26,455 nt of DNA from a virus (Duplodnaviria; Caudoviricetes), in IMG/VR virus record IMGVR_UViG_3300011335_000448, positions 1 through 26,455 of that record. One strand, written 5' to 3'. The position numbers were made by a program, and so were the translations under genes. Positions 7,164 to 16,286 of this stretch are shown here, piece by piece (position 1 is the first letter of the stretch; every line of letters begins with the position of its first letter). Under the pieces are notes generated by a model, which saw only the letters and a program-made list of their open reading frames with translations, was not told where the DNA came from and searched no databases.

Positions 7164-9769
7164 TATTGAACCTTTTTATATTTGTTTCCACTGCTGGTAG
7201 TTCCAGAATTTGCATTGGCAGCACCAGGCTCACCAATCTTGCTACCCAATGTAAAGCCTGGCTCAAGCATACCCATGTTAATGGCATTCTTACGTTGCAT
7301 TTCTGCGGCATCCAGCATAGCATTGTGTGTCTTTGTCAGCCAAGCATTGATTGCCTGTGGAGTGCTGGTTTCACTGATAGGATTATTCTTCATCCAAGTC
7401 TCAACGTCAAAGTTACTGATTGCTGGACCCATGTAGTTCTTAATACCTTCTAATCCACCACGAGTAATTAAACTACGCAATAGTTTTGTATTGTCTGCAC
7501 CATTAGTTCCAAACTGTTCACCAAAGAACTGTTGAACTCTAGGCAATGGACCTGCACCACTTAGAGTAAAGTTAGGTCCTAGGTTGTGAACACCTGAATT
7601 GATGACATCAATACCATCTTTGAACTTATTCAATGTGCTACGAACATCAGTTGCTTTGCTGACAAATGCTTCAGCATCTTTTTGCTGTAGTTTGTTTTTA
7701 CCTTCCCAGGTTTTTAAACGGGCTTTAAAAACACTATCAGGTTCGCCAGGACGTTGAACTGGTTCTTCTGCAGGATTCTGTGCAATAGCCTGTGTCTTAG
7801 GTGGTATGTAATTGGTAGCATTGCCTGCACCCACTGGCTGTCCTGCAGCCTGTGCTTGTCCACCGGGTAATTGATTAGTTAATGTTCCAGGTTGTAATCC
7901 CAGTTCTTGTTCAATACGTTTTGGTGTAACACCTGCCATACGCAGTGCATCAAACTTTTGTTGTTGTGTTGGCTGAGAAGTTAGTTTACTCAAGTTTGAA
8001 TAACCAGCATTTACTCTAGTGTCTTCTTGTTTAGTATACTGTGCTTCTGGAATCAATACAGCCGTGTCACCTGCATAGGGTTTACCACCAAGTTTGAATT
8101 TTTGTTTTCCATCACTAAGTGTTTGCACTGATACAACTTCACCACTGTTAGGATTAATACGGGTTTCAACTTTGCTTACATGCACACCTTTACCCAGTAT
8201 GCCACCACTGGCTTGTTCCAGTAAATTACGGCTTAATCGTTCATTGCTGCCAGCAAAGTTACCCTGCAATACACGACCATTGGCAGTGGTTAAAATTTCT
8301 ACTGCACGATCATTGCCTTCTTCATCAGTGACTGTGGCATTTTGCCAGGTATGTCCAATGCCTAGTTGTTCACCTTTTTGGTTTGCTAGATCATTTAATC
8401 CAACATGTTTGAATAACAAATATTGTAACCAGTCACCAACACTGTTGCCTTCACTTTTCTTAGTGGCAATTTTGGCTAATTCATTTTGTCCCAGTGTGGG
8501 TAATGTTTCTTCAGCAATTTTTAGATTACGTTGTTGTGTTAACATGTCAGCAACACGCTCTCCTGCACGTTGGCGAAGGTAAGCAGGTTGTGTGTCATCA
8601 CTGTGAAGTTTCATCAACTCCATGGGGTTGTCTTGCACTGTTTGGTAACGAGCGATTGCTGTCTGTGTTTGATCAATCTGTGGTGTTTGTGCAGGCATTG
8701 CCATACCAGGAACACGTAATCCAGGAGCACCAGCACCTGTGGCCAAACTATAAGCACTGGCAGCCTGAGGTTGAGCATACTGTTGCAGTGCCTGCATTTC
8801 ATTTTGTGCTTGTTGTTGCACTTGTTCTGGACTTACTGGACCCATAATGGTTTGAGTGCCTTCTACACCTTGTCCAGTGGCCACTGCTACACCTTCCTGT
8901 GGCTGTGCCTGTGGGGGACGACTTGTAGCACCACTGGCTGGCATTGCCTGTCCATTTAGTCTAGCATTTATAATTGCGGCAGCCTTGTCATAACCACCAT
9001 TGGCAGCCTGTGCCTGTGGACTAATATAAGGACGACCCTGATCATCAGTTTGTGTTAAGAACTTGTGCAAGCCACTGGGACCTGCAAAGTGAGCCGCTGA
9101 TAAAACACCGGGAGTTGTTTCAATGCCACGTTGTTGTAAGAATCTAGCATTGTTATTAGTGATAATATTTTGTGCTCTAGTCTGTTGTTCTTTATTTGCT
9201 TGTGTAATGTCCGCAGGTAAACTGGGATCTGCTCTACGAGCATCAGCATACGCTGGTGCAGTGATACCGAATAATCCAAATGCACTACTCTTTGTTCTAT
9301 CATGGAATCCAATGTCTGCTCTATTGCCTGATTCTTGTTGTGCTATGCTAGAGTTGTATGCATTGACATCAAAATTTAATTTTGGTGCTGGTGTAGGCTG
9401 TGGTGTTGGCTGGGCTGCAGGTTGATTGGGATTAATTGCACCTTGAACATTGGCAGCAAAGTTTGCTGGTGCAGCCTGTAAGTTGGTAGCAAAGTTTTGG
9501 CCTGCTTGTTGAACATTACGAACAAAGTTTTCTGGCATGGCTGCTAGAGCATTGCCTAAATTTTCAAATACTGTGGGTTGTGCTTTTATGCCCTGTGCTT
9601 CTGGAGTTATTTCTTGTTTGGTAATAATCTCTTGAGTGCCATCAGCATAGACTTTACGTTCTTCAGTTTGAACGGCAGTGTTGGCAAGTTCACGCTCACG
9701 TTTGCGTTTTTCTTCCTGTTCTTCTAGAGTTAAAACTTCTTGTCCTGTGTATGGATCAATGTATGCCAT
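7163..9769 (-). CDS. Large internal virion/DNA-ejection protein with a lytic-transglycosylase (lysozyme-like) domain
   Basis: IAQQESGN (catalytic Glu), SSAFGLFGIT and LSAAHFAG motifs at about 9080-9346; remainder Gln/Ala-rich. Confidence 0.78.
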   Translation of the reverse strand: MAYIDPYTGQEVLTLEEQEEKRKRERELANTAVQTEERKVYADGTQEIITKQEITPEAQGIKAQPTVFENLGNALAAMPENFVRNVQQAGQNFATNLQAAPANFAANVQGAINPNQPAAQPTPQPTPAPKLNFDVNAYNSSIAQQESGNRADIGFHDRTKSSAFGLFGITAPAYADARRADPSLPADITQANKEQQTRAQNIITNNNARFLQQRGIETTPGVLSAAHFAGPSGLHKFLTQTDDQGRPYISPQAQAANGGYDKAAAIINARLNGQAMPASGATSRPPQAQPQEGVAVATGQGVEGTQTIMGPVSPEQVQQQAQNEMQALQQYAQPQAASAYSLATGAGAPGLRVPGMAMPAQTPQIDQTQTAIARYQTVQDNPMELMKLHSDDTQPAYLRQRAGERVADMLTQQRNLKIAEETLPTLGQNELAKIATKKSEGNSVGDWLQYLLFKHVGLNDLANQKGEQLGIGHTWQNATVTDEEGNDRAVEILTTANGRVLQGNFAGSNERLSRNLLEQASGGILGKGVHVSKVETRINPNSGEVVSVQTLSDGKQKFKLGGKPYAGDTAVLIPEAQYTKQEDTRVNAGYSNLSKLTSQPTQQQKFDALRMAGVTPKRIEQELGLQPGTLTNQLPGGQAQAAGQPVGAGNATNYIPPKTQAIAQNPAEEPVQRPGEPDSVFKARLKTWEGKNKLQQKDAEAFVSKATDVRSTLNKFKDGIDVINSGVHNLGPNFTLSGAGPLPRVQQFFGEQFGTNGADNTKLLRSLITRGGLEGIKNYMGPAISNFDVETWMKNNPISETSTPQAINAWLTKTHNAMLDAAEMQRKNAINMGMLEPGFTLGSKIGEPGAANANSGTTSSGNKYKKVQ

Positions 9770-9772
9770 TGT

Positions 9773-10510
9773 TTAACCTCCCTGCTTGCCAAACATTCCA
9801 CCAAGATCAATTTTAGATGTTGAGCCAGTAGTGTTTTGTCCTTGAGTGCCTCTAAAGTCTGGAGTGTAACTACCTGCTGGTGTTCCAAAGATTACACTGG
9901 CATATTGATTATAAAGTTGTTGTGGTGTCATTGCCGCTGATACTTGTTGTCCAGCCGCACCCAGTGCTTGTCCAATATTACCTGCGCCCATGCTGGCTAA
10001 ACTATTGGCTGCACTCATACGTTGTGCCGCAATCTGTGCTTGTTTGTCTGCGGCTATATTAGCCATTAATGCGGCGTTAGCGCCTGCAGCCTGTTGTCCT
10101 GCCAGTGCTTGTCTTGCACTACCTAAATTACCACTACCACCAAATGTTGCTGCCTGTTGTGCTATGTTTTGAGCATACTGTGTCTGTGCAGGATTCAATG
10201 CTGCCCTAATTTGATTGGCTTCATAGTTAGGATCAAATAAACTTTGCAGTCCTGCAATACCTGTGCGTAGTGCTGACTCACCAGTTTCACCCAAGGTCTG
10301 TTGTGCTTTACCAGCAGTGCCTGCTAGGTTCTGTGCCGCAGTTAAAACACCGCCTGCATTTTTATTGTAGATGTCTTTGGCACCACCAACCGCACCTGTA
10401 TAGGTAGGGATAATGACATCTGTTAACATTTTTGTCTGTGCCGCAATAGCGTCTTTTTGTTCTTGCGTTAGAACTGGTGCGCTACTACCGCTGGATTTAC
10501 CGAAACTCAT
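9773..10510 (-). CDS. DNA transfer/pilot-type ejection protein (P22 gp7-like composition)
   Basis: Ala/Gly/Gln-rich; MSFGKSSGSS start and FGGSGNLGSARQ motif; AAGGA RBS. Confidence 0.7.
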   Translation of the reverse strand: MSFGKSSGSSAPVLTQEQKDAIAAQTKMLTDVIIPTYTGAVGGAKDIYNKNAGGVLTAAQNLAGTAGKAQQTLGETGESALRTGIAGLQSLFDPNYEANQIRAALNPAQTQYAQNIAQQAATFGGSGNLGSARQALAGQQAAGANAALMANIAADKQAQIAAQRMSAANSLASMGAGNIGQALGAAGQQVSAAMTPQQLYNQYASVIFGTPAGSYTPDFRGTQGQNTTGSTSKIDLGGMFGKQGG

Positions 10511-10532
10511 AGTTGTTTCCTTTAATATCTAT

Positions 10533-10540
10533 TATTTAGC
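10533..10540 (-). promoter_or_regulatory. Late-type promoter motif GCTAAATA
   Basis: 22 nt upstream of ATG 10510, followed by AAGGA. Confidence 0.72.
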
Positions 10541-10553
10541 GTTTTTAAATTCA

Positions 10554-12530
10554 TTAAGGTTGCTCGCGAACAGGATTTAAAATAGCATCTATTTGATTTT
10601 GTATTCTAACTATAGTGGCATAGTCACCGTTTAAGGCAGCATTGTCCAAGTCACGTTGCCAGTTAGGACCCAGTGCTTGACTGATCTGTGTCTTTTGATC
10701 TGCTGTGTATAAGTCTCTGGTCTTACCTGTAGTTGCTGTTGTAGGTGCAATAGGCGCCGTAGCATTACCAACTTGAACTTGTCCATACTGTGGAACAGGT
10801 ATTGTATTTGGTTTATATGCCTGTGCTCTAGTAGCGGCAGGTGTTCCAGTGCGTTGTTGATATGTTCCGTTTATTGCTTGTAAAACTTCTTCAGGACTCA
10901 ATGGTGCCGCTATTTGTCCTAGACCCCAGGGAGTGTTAGGTGCAGCCACTTGGTTATATGCCACTGCATTGAATGGATTAGCAGGATCACCACTGTAGAA
11001 CTGTGGTCCAGATCCACCCCAGAAGAACTTACTCTGTGCCGCATTGGTTGTATTGTAGAATGGCTGTGGTTGTATGTAACCAGGATTAATCATTTCACCG
11101 GGAACAATACTGGTAATAGTCTGCGTTGGACTTTGAGTAGGTCTTACAGTAGGCGGCACTGTTGGACGTATTGTCGGTGGCAGTGTAGGCGGCAACGTTG
11201 GTGGGAACGTTGGTGGGAACGTTGGTGGGAACGTTGGGGGTATTGTTCTAGTCACTGTAACTGTTGGAGTCGGTGTCTGTGTTGTAGTCTCCGTTGGTGT
11301 TTCCGTAGGTGGAATACTTGTAATAGTTTCAGTTTCAGTTTCTGTTTCAGTTTCAGTTTCTGTTTCCGTTAACGGAGGCAGTGTTAAATCAGTAAAACTG
11401 AATGTAAATGACTCTGTTACTGTGGGTGTAGGCGTTGGTCTTTTATCAACAGTTGAGCCTTCTGGAAATTCAGTATAGGTATCTGTTTCAGTTTCTGTTG
11501 GTGTATCAGTTACTATAGGAGGTAAAGTCATCTCTGTAAAACTGAATGTAAATGACTCTGTTACTGTAGGTGTGGGAGTTGGTCTCTTATCAACTGTTGA
11601 ACCTTCTGGAAATTCAGTATAGGTATCTGTTTCAGTTTCTGTATAGATAGGAGGTAAAGTCATCTCTGTAAAACTGAATGTAAATGACTCTGTTACTGTA
11701 GGTGTGGGAGTTGGTCTCTTATCAACTGTTGAACCTTCTGGAAATTCAGTATAGGTATCAGTTGGTTCCTCTGTGGGAGGAATACTTGTAATAGTTTCTG
11801 TGTCACTGGGTCCTGGAGTATCAGTGGGGATAATATTAGTCATAGTATCTGTGGGTCCAGGAGTATATGGTTCTAAGGTTGCAGGTTCTAATGTCACAGG
11901 TTCACCGGAATAAACTGGTCCATCAGTGGCAGGTTCTAATGTCACAGGTTCACCAGTGTATACGGGATCAGTATACATAGGTTCAGTGTATATAGGTTCA
12001 GGAAAGCCTGGATCTTCTGGAAAGAAAGGATCTTTCCAGGGATCTTCTGGACTGGGTCCAAATCCATCTGCATCACTAAATGCCGCACCACCAGGTGCAA
12101 AGTCATTTAATCCACTTTGGAAATTAGTGTCGTTTACGCCTGGTGCCATGCCGGTAAAGTCCATTTTTACTGCACCTGTATCTGGATTAATACCTAGATC
12201 TACTGCGCCACCACCCTGGCCACTGCCGCCGCCATCTTGTTGATAATAATTACCATCACCAAAACCAAAACTGTCGTTGTAACCGCCGTCAAAGCCACCA
12301 CCATCATACCAGTCACCACCGTAGTCTATGGCAACGTTGCCCCAGGAGTCATCAGCAAAGGCAAACTCAGGTAATCCAGTCTTTGGATTGATTGTTCCAG
12401 ATCCACCCATGCGTTTTAACATTGCCGCTTCTTGGGGGTTGATATGTGCCAACATGGAGTCACCATGACGACCTGATTTTATCAGTGCTTGCAATTGTTC
12501 TGGTGATATTGGTTGAAATTTATTCGCCAT
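10554..12530 (-). CDS. Putative virion protein with a conserved N-terminal motif and a long Thr/Pro/Glu repeat region
   Basis: GRHGDSMLAHINPQEAAMLKRMGGSGTINPKTGLPEF resembles motifs of podovirus internal proteins; mucin-like middle. Confidence 0.75.
   Translation of the reverse strand: MANKFQPISPEQLQALIKSGRHGDSMLAHINPQEAAMLKRMGGSGTINPKTGLPEFAFADDSWGNVAIDYGGDWYDGGGFDGGYNDSFGFGDGNYYQQDGGGSGQGGGAVDLGINPDTGAVKMDFTGMAPGVNDTNFQSGLNDFAPGGAAFSDADGFGPSPEDPWKDPFFPEDPGFPEPIYTEPMYTDPVYTGEPVTLEPATDGPVYSGEPVTLEPATLEPYTPGPTDTMTNIIPTDTPGPSDTETITSIPPTEEPTDTYTEFPEGSTVDKRPTPTPTVTESFTFSFTEMTLPPIYTETETDTYTEFPEGSTVDKRPTPTPTVTESFTFSFTEMTLPPIVTDTPTETETDTYTEFPEGSTVDKRPTPTPTVTESFTFSFTDLTLPPLTETETETETETETETITSIPPTETPTETTTQTPTPTVTVTRTIPPTFPPTFPPTFPPTLPPTLPPTIRPTVPPTVRPTQSPTQTITSIVPGEMINPGYIQPQPFYNTTNAAQSKFFWGGSGPQFYSGDPANPFNAVAYNQVAAPNTPWGLGQIAAPLSPEEVLQAINGTYQQRTGTPAATRAQAYKPNTIPVPQYGQVQVGNATAPIAPTTATTGKTRDLYTADQKTQISQALGPNWQRDLDNAALNGDYATIVRIQNQIDAILNPVREQP
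11194..11241. repeat. 12-bp tandem repeat AACGTTGGTGGG x4 (last copy imperfect) encoding (PPTF)n
   Basis: Read directly from the sequence. Confidence 0.9.
11326..11369. repeat. 6-bp GTTTC(A/T) microsatellite encoding (TE)n
   Basis: Read directly from the sequence. Confidence 0.85.
11374..11759. repeat. Three copies of an approximately 110-130 bp coding repeat (periods 132 and 144)
   Basis: 11515-11627 is identical to 11647-11759 (113 bp); the third copy from 11374 differs mostly at synonymous sites; encodes DTYTEFPEGSTVDKRPTPTPTVTESFTFSFT. Confidence 0.92.
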
Positions 12531-12549
12531 CGTTGTTCCTATTATCTTA

Positions 12550-12557
12550 TATTTAAT
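12550..12557 (-). promoter_or_regulatory. Late-type promoter motif ATTAAATA
   Basis: 19 nt upstream of ATG 12530, followed by AGGA. Confidence 0.68.
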
Positions 12558-12560
12558 CTT

Positions 12561-13694
12561 TTAACGTTTAATAACTTGTGCAGTAAAGCTTCTAAAGCCA
12601 TAGGTCGCTATGGCAATAGGCTGCACGTTTGGTGATGTTGAAACATTGTTGGGATCATAATATTGATTGTTAAAGTATATCTCAAATGTATACAAGAAAT
12701 ATCCTATACCTGGACTGTCTATAACATTGTTAAATGTATTAACGTCTGGTTTAAAAAATGTATAACCATCAACCATGGTTAATGGATCAGCAAACATTGT
12801 ATATGGCACAGTAACTAAGTTACCATCCAATACCCAAGCATAACCATTATACACACTGGGAAACGTTTGTGCTCCATTGGGTAATGTTGTAGCGTTGGTT
12901 GCACGATATCTGTTTATTCTTAGTTCATAGGTTGGAGCCGTAAAGCCAACATCCAGTGTGGTGTAAACAGGATTAAAGATGTATCCTTTGAATGGTGCTT
13001 GGCAAGTAATAAACACACGGTCTGTGGGTCCTGTAACACTGACATCAGCAAACAAGTCTGTGACTATATTCTGTTGTTGCCAACTTATTTGTCCACCTGT
13101 AGTGTATGCTGTCCATGTTTGTGCGCCATCTATTCTCAGTAAACGTATGGTGCTGACACTGGGACCACTGACATAGACAGCAACTCTATAATCACCATTG
13201 AATACACTGGGTGTTACTCCGGATATTGTTACTTGTTGATTGGCCGCAAATGGATTACCTGGACCATTGTCTGTTATTTGAAATTGATCATAAATTGCTG
13301 TGGGCACTGTGCCTGCAATATCTACAAATATTGGATTAACTGTAATGGCAACATCAATGATATTGTTAGTCACTGCGGTAATGCCAGTGATTACTACGTT
13401 GGGTATGGTAATACCTGGTGGCACTGTAGGATAATAATCTATACTGCTTAACTGTGGCCAGTAGTTTGTGTTGCTGGGAGTTACTGTATTACCTGTTACT
13501 GTGGCATTGTTGGTAAACGGTGCCGACATGGCGTTGGTAAACATGTCATATTGAAATGTTGTAATAATGTCATTGGCAGGGTCAGCAGTTTTACTAACAC
13601 CTTCAAAGTTCTGTCCAAGACTTTGTGGTCCAGATAGCAGATAGTTTACTGCTTCAATTATGTCACTGCCAGTGTCTATGGGATATTGACTCAT
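12561..13694 (-). CDS. Putative tail-associated beta-rich structural protein (377 aa)
   Basis: Follows the tail hub gene; Thr/Val/aromatic-rich; internal module VTISGVTPSVFNGDYRV...AYTTGG. Confidence 0.65.
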   Translation of the reverse strand: MSQYPIDTGSDIIEAVNYLLSGPQSLGQNFEGVSKTADPANDIITTFQYDMFTNAMSAPFTNNATVTGNTVTPSNTNYWPQLSSIDYYPTVPPGITIPNVVITGITAVTNNIIDVAITVNPIFVDIAGTVPTAIYDQFQITDNGPGNPFAANQQVTISGVTPSVFNGDYRVAVYVSGPSVSTIRLLRIDGAQTWTAYTTGGQISWQQQNIVTDLFADVSVTGPTDRVFITCQAPFKGYIFNPVYTTLDVGFTAPTYELRINRYRATNATTLPNGAQTFPSVYNGYAWVLDGNLVTVPYTMFADPLTMVDGYTFFKPDVNTFNNVIDSPGIGYFLYTFEIYFNNQYYDPNNVSTSPNVQPIAIATYGFRSFTAQVIKR

Positions 13695-13699
13695 ATATT

Positions 13700-15619
13700 T
13701 TAACGATCGTCCTCAGTTTGTGTATATTGCCAGGTTATTGCACTACAGATCCAAGTGTCCGTGTAACTGACATCACCAAGTTCAATGTTGTTGACACGGA
13801 ATGCATTTTGGTTTATCTGTGCCCAGGGATTGTCTGTGTCTAATTGCACTGTAATGGCTGTGGATGTTGAACTTGAACTACCCACACTGTTGGCACCTTC
13901 CAGGGTAATATCAATACTGCCTGTGCTGGGAGTAATAGTTATACCTCGGCTGTCCACGTTGTTGACTTCGGGTAAGATCCTGTGCACCATTAACTTACCT
14001 GAATAGTCTTTGATCATCTTAATATTGTCTCTGCGGAACACTGACGTAATGTTGCCCTGGGGATTAGCCATGGTGGTTAAAAACGCTGTGCCCTGATCCT
14101 TCATAACCAGTTTACTGCTGGCAGTGCTGGGGATATAAACAACTGTTCTACTTGCCGGATCATTCTTCCAAGTGGAACTACCACCATCATAATACCATAC
14201 TGGACTTTCCACACTGGCAATAGCATTGGTGACATCACGTGGTGGATTCCATACATCCAGATCATAACGATATGATAACATCTTATTGGGACTGCCAGCA
14301 GTGGCCGCTGTAGTGGGGTAGTAAATTTCAATTTGACTCTTGTTGGTGTTTACTTCCATGTGTATCTTGTCTGTGTGTAAGGGATCTACTTGATCAAAGA
14401 AATAGTTCTTTACACGTTGATTACCCAAGCCTGTAAACTCATTGCCATCAAACATCCATATATCTCTGGCATCAATACCATAGACCATTCTATCTGTGTT
14501 GACACTGCAATTTGGATTCAACAATCCACGACCAGTGTTAAACAGTCTTACACCAATAATAGGTGCTGATGTTGTTGAATAGTTGATAGGACTGAGAACA
14601 ACTGTGTCCCAGTAACTGCAGACATATAATTGTCCATTGCTGGGAAATGCATCCTGTGCTGGACCACGCAGGGGAACTTCTAATTGGTTGGCTACGTTGC
14701 TAATGGTTGGTTGCCAAGTTGCTGGCATTTGATTAAGACCAAATTGTATACTCCACTGCACTGTGGCAGGGAATCTTGTTGTAACACCATTGGTGCCTAC
14801 AATGGTTAAGTCACCGGCAACTAATATTGATCCCACGTTGGGAGTTGAATACATACGCACAAAGCCTGCTTTAACTGATGTCCATTCTGCAGGCAAATAG
14901 TTCCAGACATAACTTTGATTGACTGTGCAGGCTGTGCCCAGAGTAATGCCAGTTAATCCACAGGCTATGTCCACATAGGTAGTTGTTGATCCTGTTACTC
15001 TCCAGTTACTGTTAAATGTTGCAGTGGTAGCACCTTCTACCTTGACATAACCACCAATGTCAAAAGGTATTGTGGCCTGTGCTGTGGTAAAGGTAATTCT
15101 AACCGTGCCTGCCACCGGATATGAAACTGTGGTAAATGGTAGTTCAGTGATTGTGCCATAGCGAACTAACACAGGTGCACCTGATCCTGTGTCAGGCCAA
15201 AACATAGGATTACCTACGTTGTCGTTGAACACTGGCACTGTGCCATTCCAACTGTCAGTGATATTGGTTGATAAACTATAACCTGATATCGCTGGCTGTG
15301 AGGTGGCACCTACGTTGGGAGTTATCTCTGTCCAGGTTGTAGTGCATGTTGCATACCAACGACCTGCTGTGGTGGCAATAACAAACCAAAAGTTACCATC
15401 CTGTCTATAACTGCCTGTGACATAAAATGGTGTTCCAGTTACAGCACCCAGGATTTCTAAGTCACCAAACACTGATTTAATACCACGCACATTGGTTTCA
15501 ACGTTGCTTCCTTCATTATATTCATTACCGCCCAGAGCCGTTGAAGGCACATCAGGACTAAATGTCATCTTAGTAAATGGTATACGAACTTCGTCTAGAG
15601 GATTTCTTATTTGTGGCAT
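13700..15619 (-). CDS. Putative tail hub/nozzle (packaged-DNA stabilisation, P22 gp10-like beta-propeller) protein
   Basis: 639 aa, beta-rich; motifs VQWS, GRGLLNPNC, DIWMFDG, RVKNYFF, IYYPT, YRYDLDVW; position upstream of the ejection genes. Confidence 0.68.
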   Translation of the reverse strand: MPQIRNPLDEVRIPFTKMTFSPDVPSTALGGNEYNEGSNVETNVRGIKSVFGDLEILGAVTGTPFYVTGSYRQDGNFWFVIATTAGRWYATCTTTWTEITPNVGATSQPAISGYSLSTNITDSWNGTVPVFNDNVGNPMFWPDTGSGAPVLVRYGTITELPFTTVSYPVAGTVRITFTTAQATIPFDIGGYVKVEGATTATFNSNWRVTGSTTTYVDIACGLTGITLGTACTVNQSYVWNYLPAEWTSVKAGFVRMYSTPNVGSILVAGDLTIVGTNGVTTRFPATVQWSIQFGLNQMPATWQPTISNVANQLEVPLRGPAQDAFPSNGQLYVCSYWDTVVLSPINYSTTSAPIIGVRLFNTGRGLLNPNCSVNTDRMVYGIDARDIWMFDGNEFTGLGNQRVKNYFFDQVDPLHTDKIHMEVNTNKSQIEIYYPTTAATAGSPNKMLSYRYDLDVWNPPRDVTNAIASVESPVWYYDGGSSTWKNDPASRTVVYIPSTASSKLVMKDQGTAFLTTMANPQGNITSVFRRDNIKMIKDYSGKLMVHRILPEVNNVDSRGITITPSTGSIDITLEGANSVGSSSSTSTAITVQLDTDNPWAQINQNAFRVNNIELGDVSYTDTWICSAITWQYTQTEDDR

Positions 15620-15642
15620 TGGTGTTTCCAGTGTTAATCAGT

Positions 15643-15650
15643 TATTTAGC
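15643..15650 (-). promoter_or_regulatory. Late-type promoter motif GCTAAATA
   Basis: 23 nt upstream of ATG 15619; context ACGCTAAATAA identical to the 10533 site. Confidence 0.72.
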
Positions 15651-15704
15651 GTAATTTAACTCAGCATTAATTTGATGATCTTTTTTGTTTGAATTTCAAG
15701 TTTG

Positions 15705-15965
15705 TTAGATCCAGACCACTGCAAAATCTTCTGTGTCAAATATTTCATTTAACTTATCACGTTGATTTTCTGCCACTCTTAGATTGGTATAACTCATCTT
15801 CTTATACTTGTAACCACTGCGAATGTTCATGGGTTGATCAACTCTAATGCTTACGGGTCTGTTCTTATAAGTGATCACATAGGTCTGCTCTGCGGCTAAT
15901 ATGTCCCAGGTAATACCTGTGTTCATAGTCACTGATTTTAATACTGGTAGGCTGGGTCTAGTCAT
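15705..15965 (-). CDS. Hypothetical protein (86 aa), resembling a small protein of large uncultured phages
   Basis: AAGGA RBS, ATGA overlap; pattern MTRP...KYKKMSYTN...KLNEIFDTEDF (similarity recalled, not searched). Confidence 0.8.
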   Translation of the reverse strand: MTRPSLPVLKSVTMNTGITWDILAAEQTYVITYKNRPVSIRVDQPMNIRSGYKYKKMSYTNLRVAENQRDKLNEIFDTEDFAVVWI

Positions 15966-16186
15966 TGTTTTTCCTTAATTCGCTGATTATTCACAGCATA
16001 GAGTTCACCCTGGCTGTAAAACTCCACAGTGCCAGAATCCAGTGTGGCATAGTAAGTTAAATTGGGATTTTTAATCAGTGCCAACATTAGTTCCTCCTTG
16101 GTTAGTTCATCAAATACTATGTCCATAAGTGGACCATCTGTGGTTTGTGCTACAATTATTCTTCTTGATGTTTTATATTTTGTCAT
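15962..16186 (-). CDS. Hypothetical protein (74 aa)
   Basis: AAGGA RBS; variant motif TAGATA at 16204-16209 upstream. Confidence 0.75.
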   Translation of the reverse strand: MTKYKTSRRIIVAQTTDGPLMDIVFDELTKEELMLALIKNPNLTYYATLDSGTVEFYSQGELYAVNNQRIKEKQ

Positions 16187-16215
16187 TTTGTTCCTTGTTA
16201 TGTTATCTACTAAAT

Positions 16216-16263
16216 GTGTTACTGAAATTATCTATAAAAGCTCTAAGAACATTTCAGTAACAC
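16216..16263. repeat. Perfect 13-bp inverted repeat with a 22-bp AT-rich spacer; candidate replication origin
   Basis: GTGTTACTGAAAT (16216-16228) and ATTTCAGTAACAC (16251-16263), immediately downstream of the helicase gene. Confidence 0.7.
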
Positions 16264-16286
16264 TTTTTCGGTTTTTCAGTCAAATA

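Noticed and set aside
11374-11759. DGR template/variable repeat pair or CRISPR array
   Set aside because: Differences are mostly synonymous and not adenine-specific, the repeats are in-frame coding, there are no unique spacers, and no reverse transcriptase or cas gene is present.
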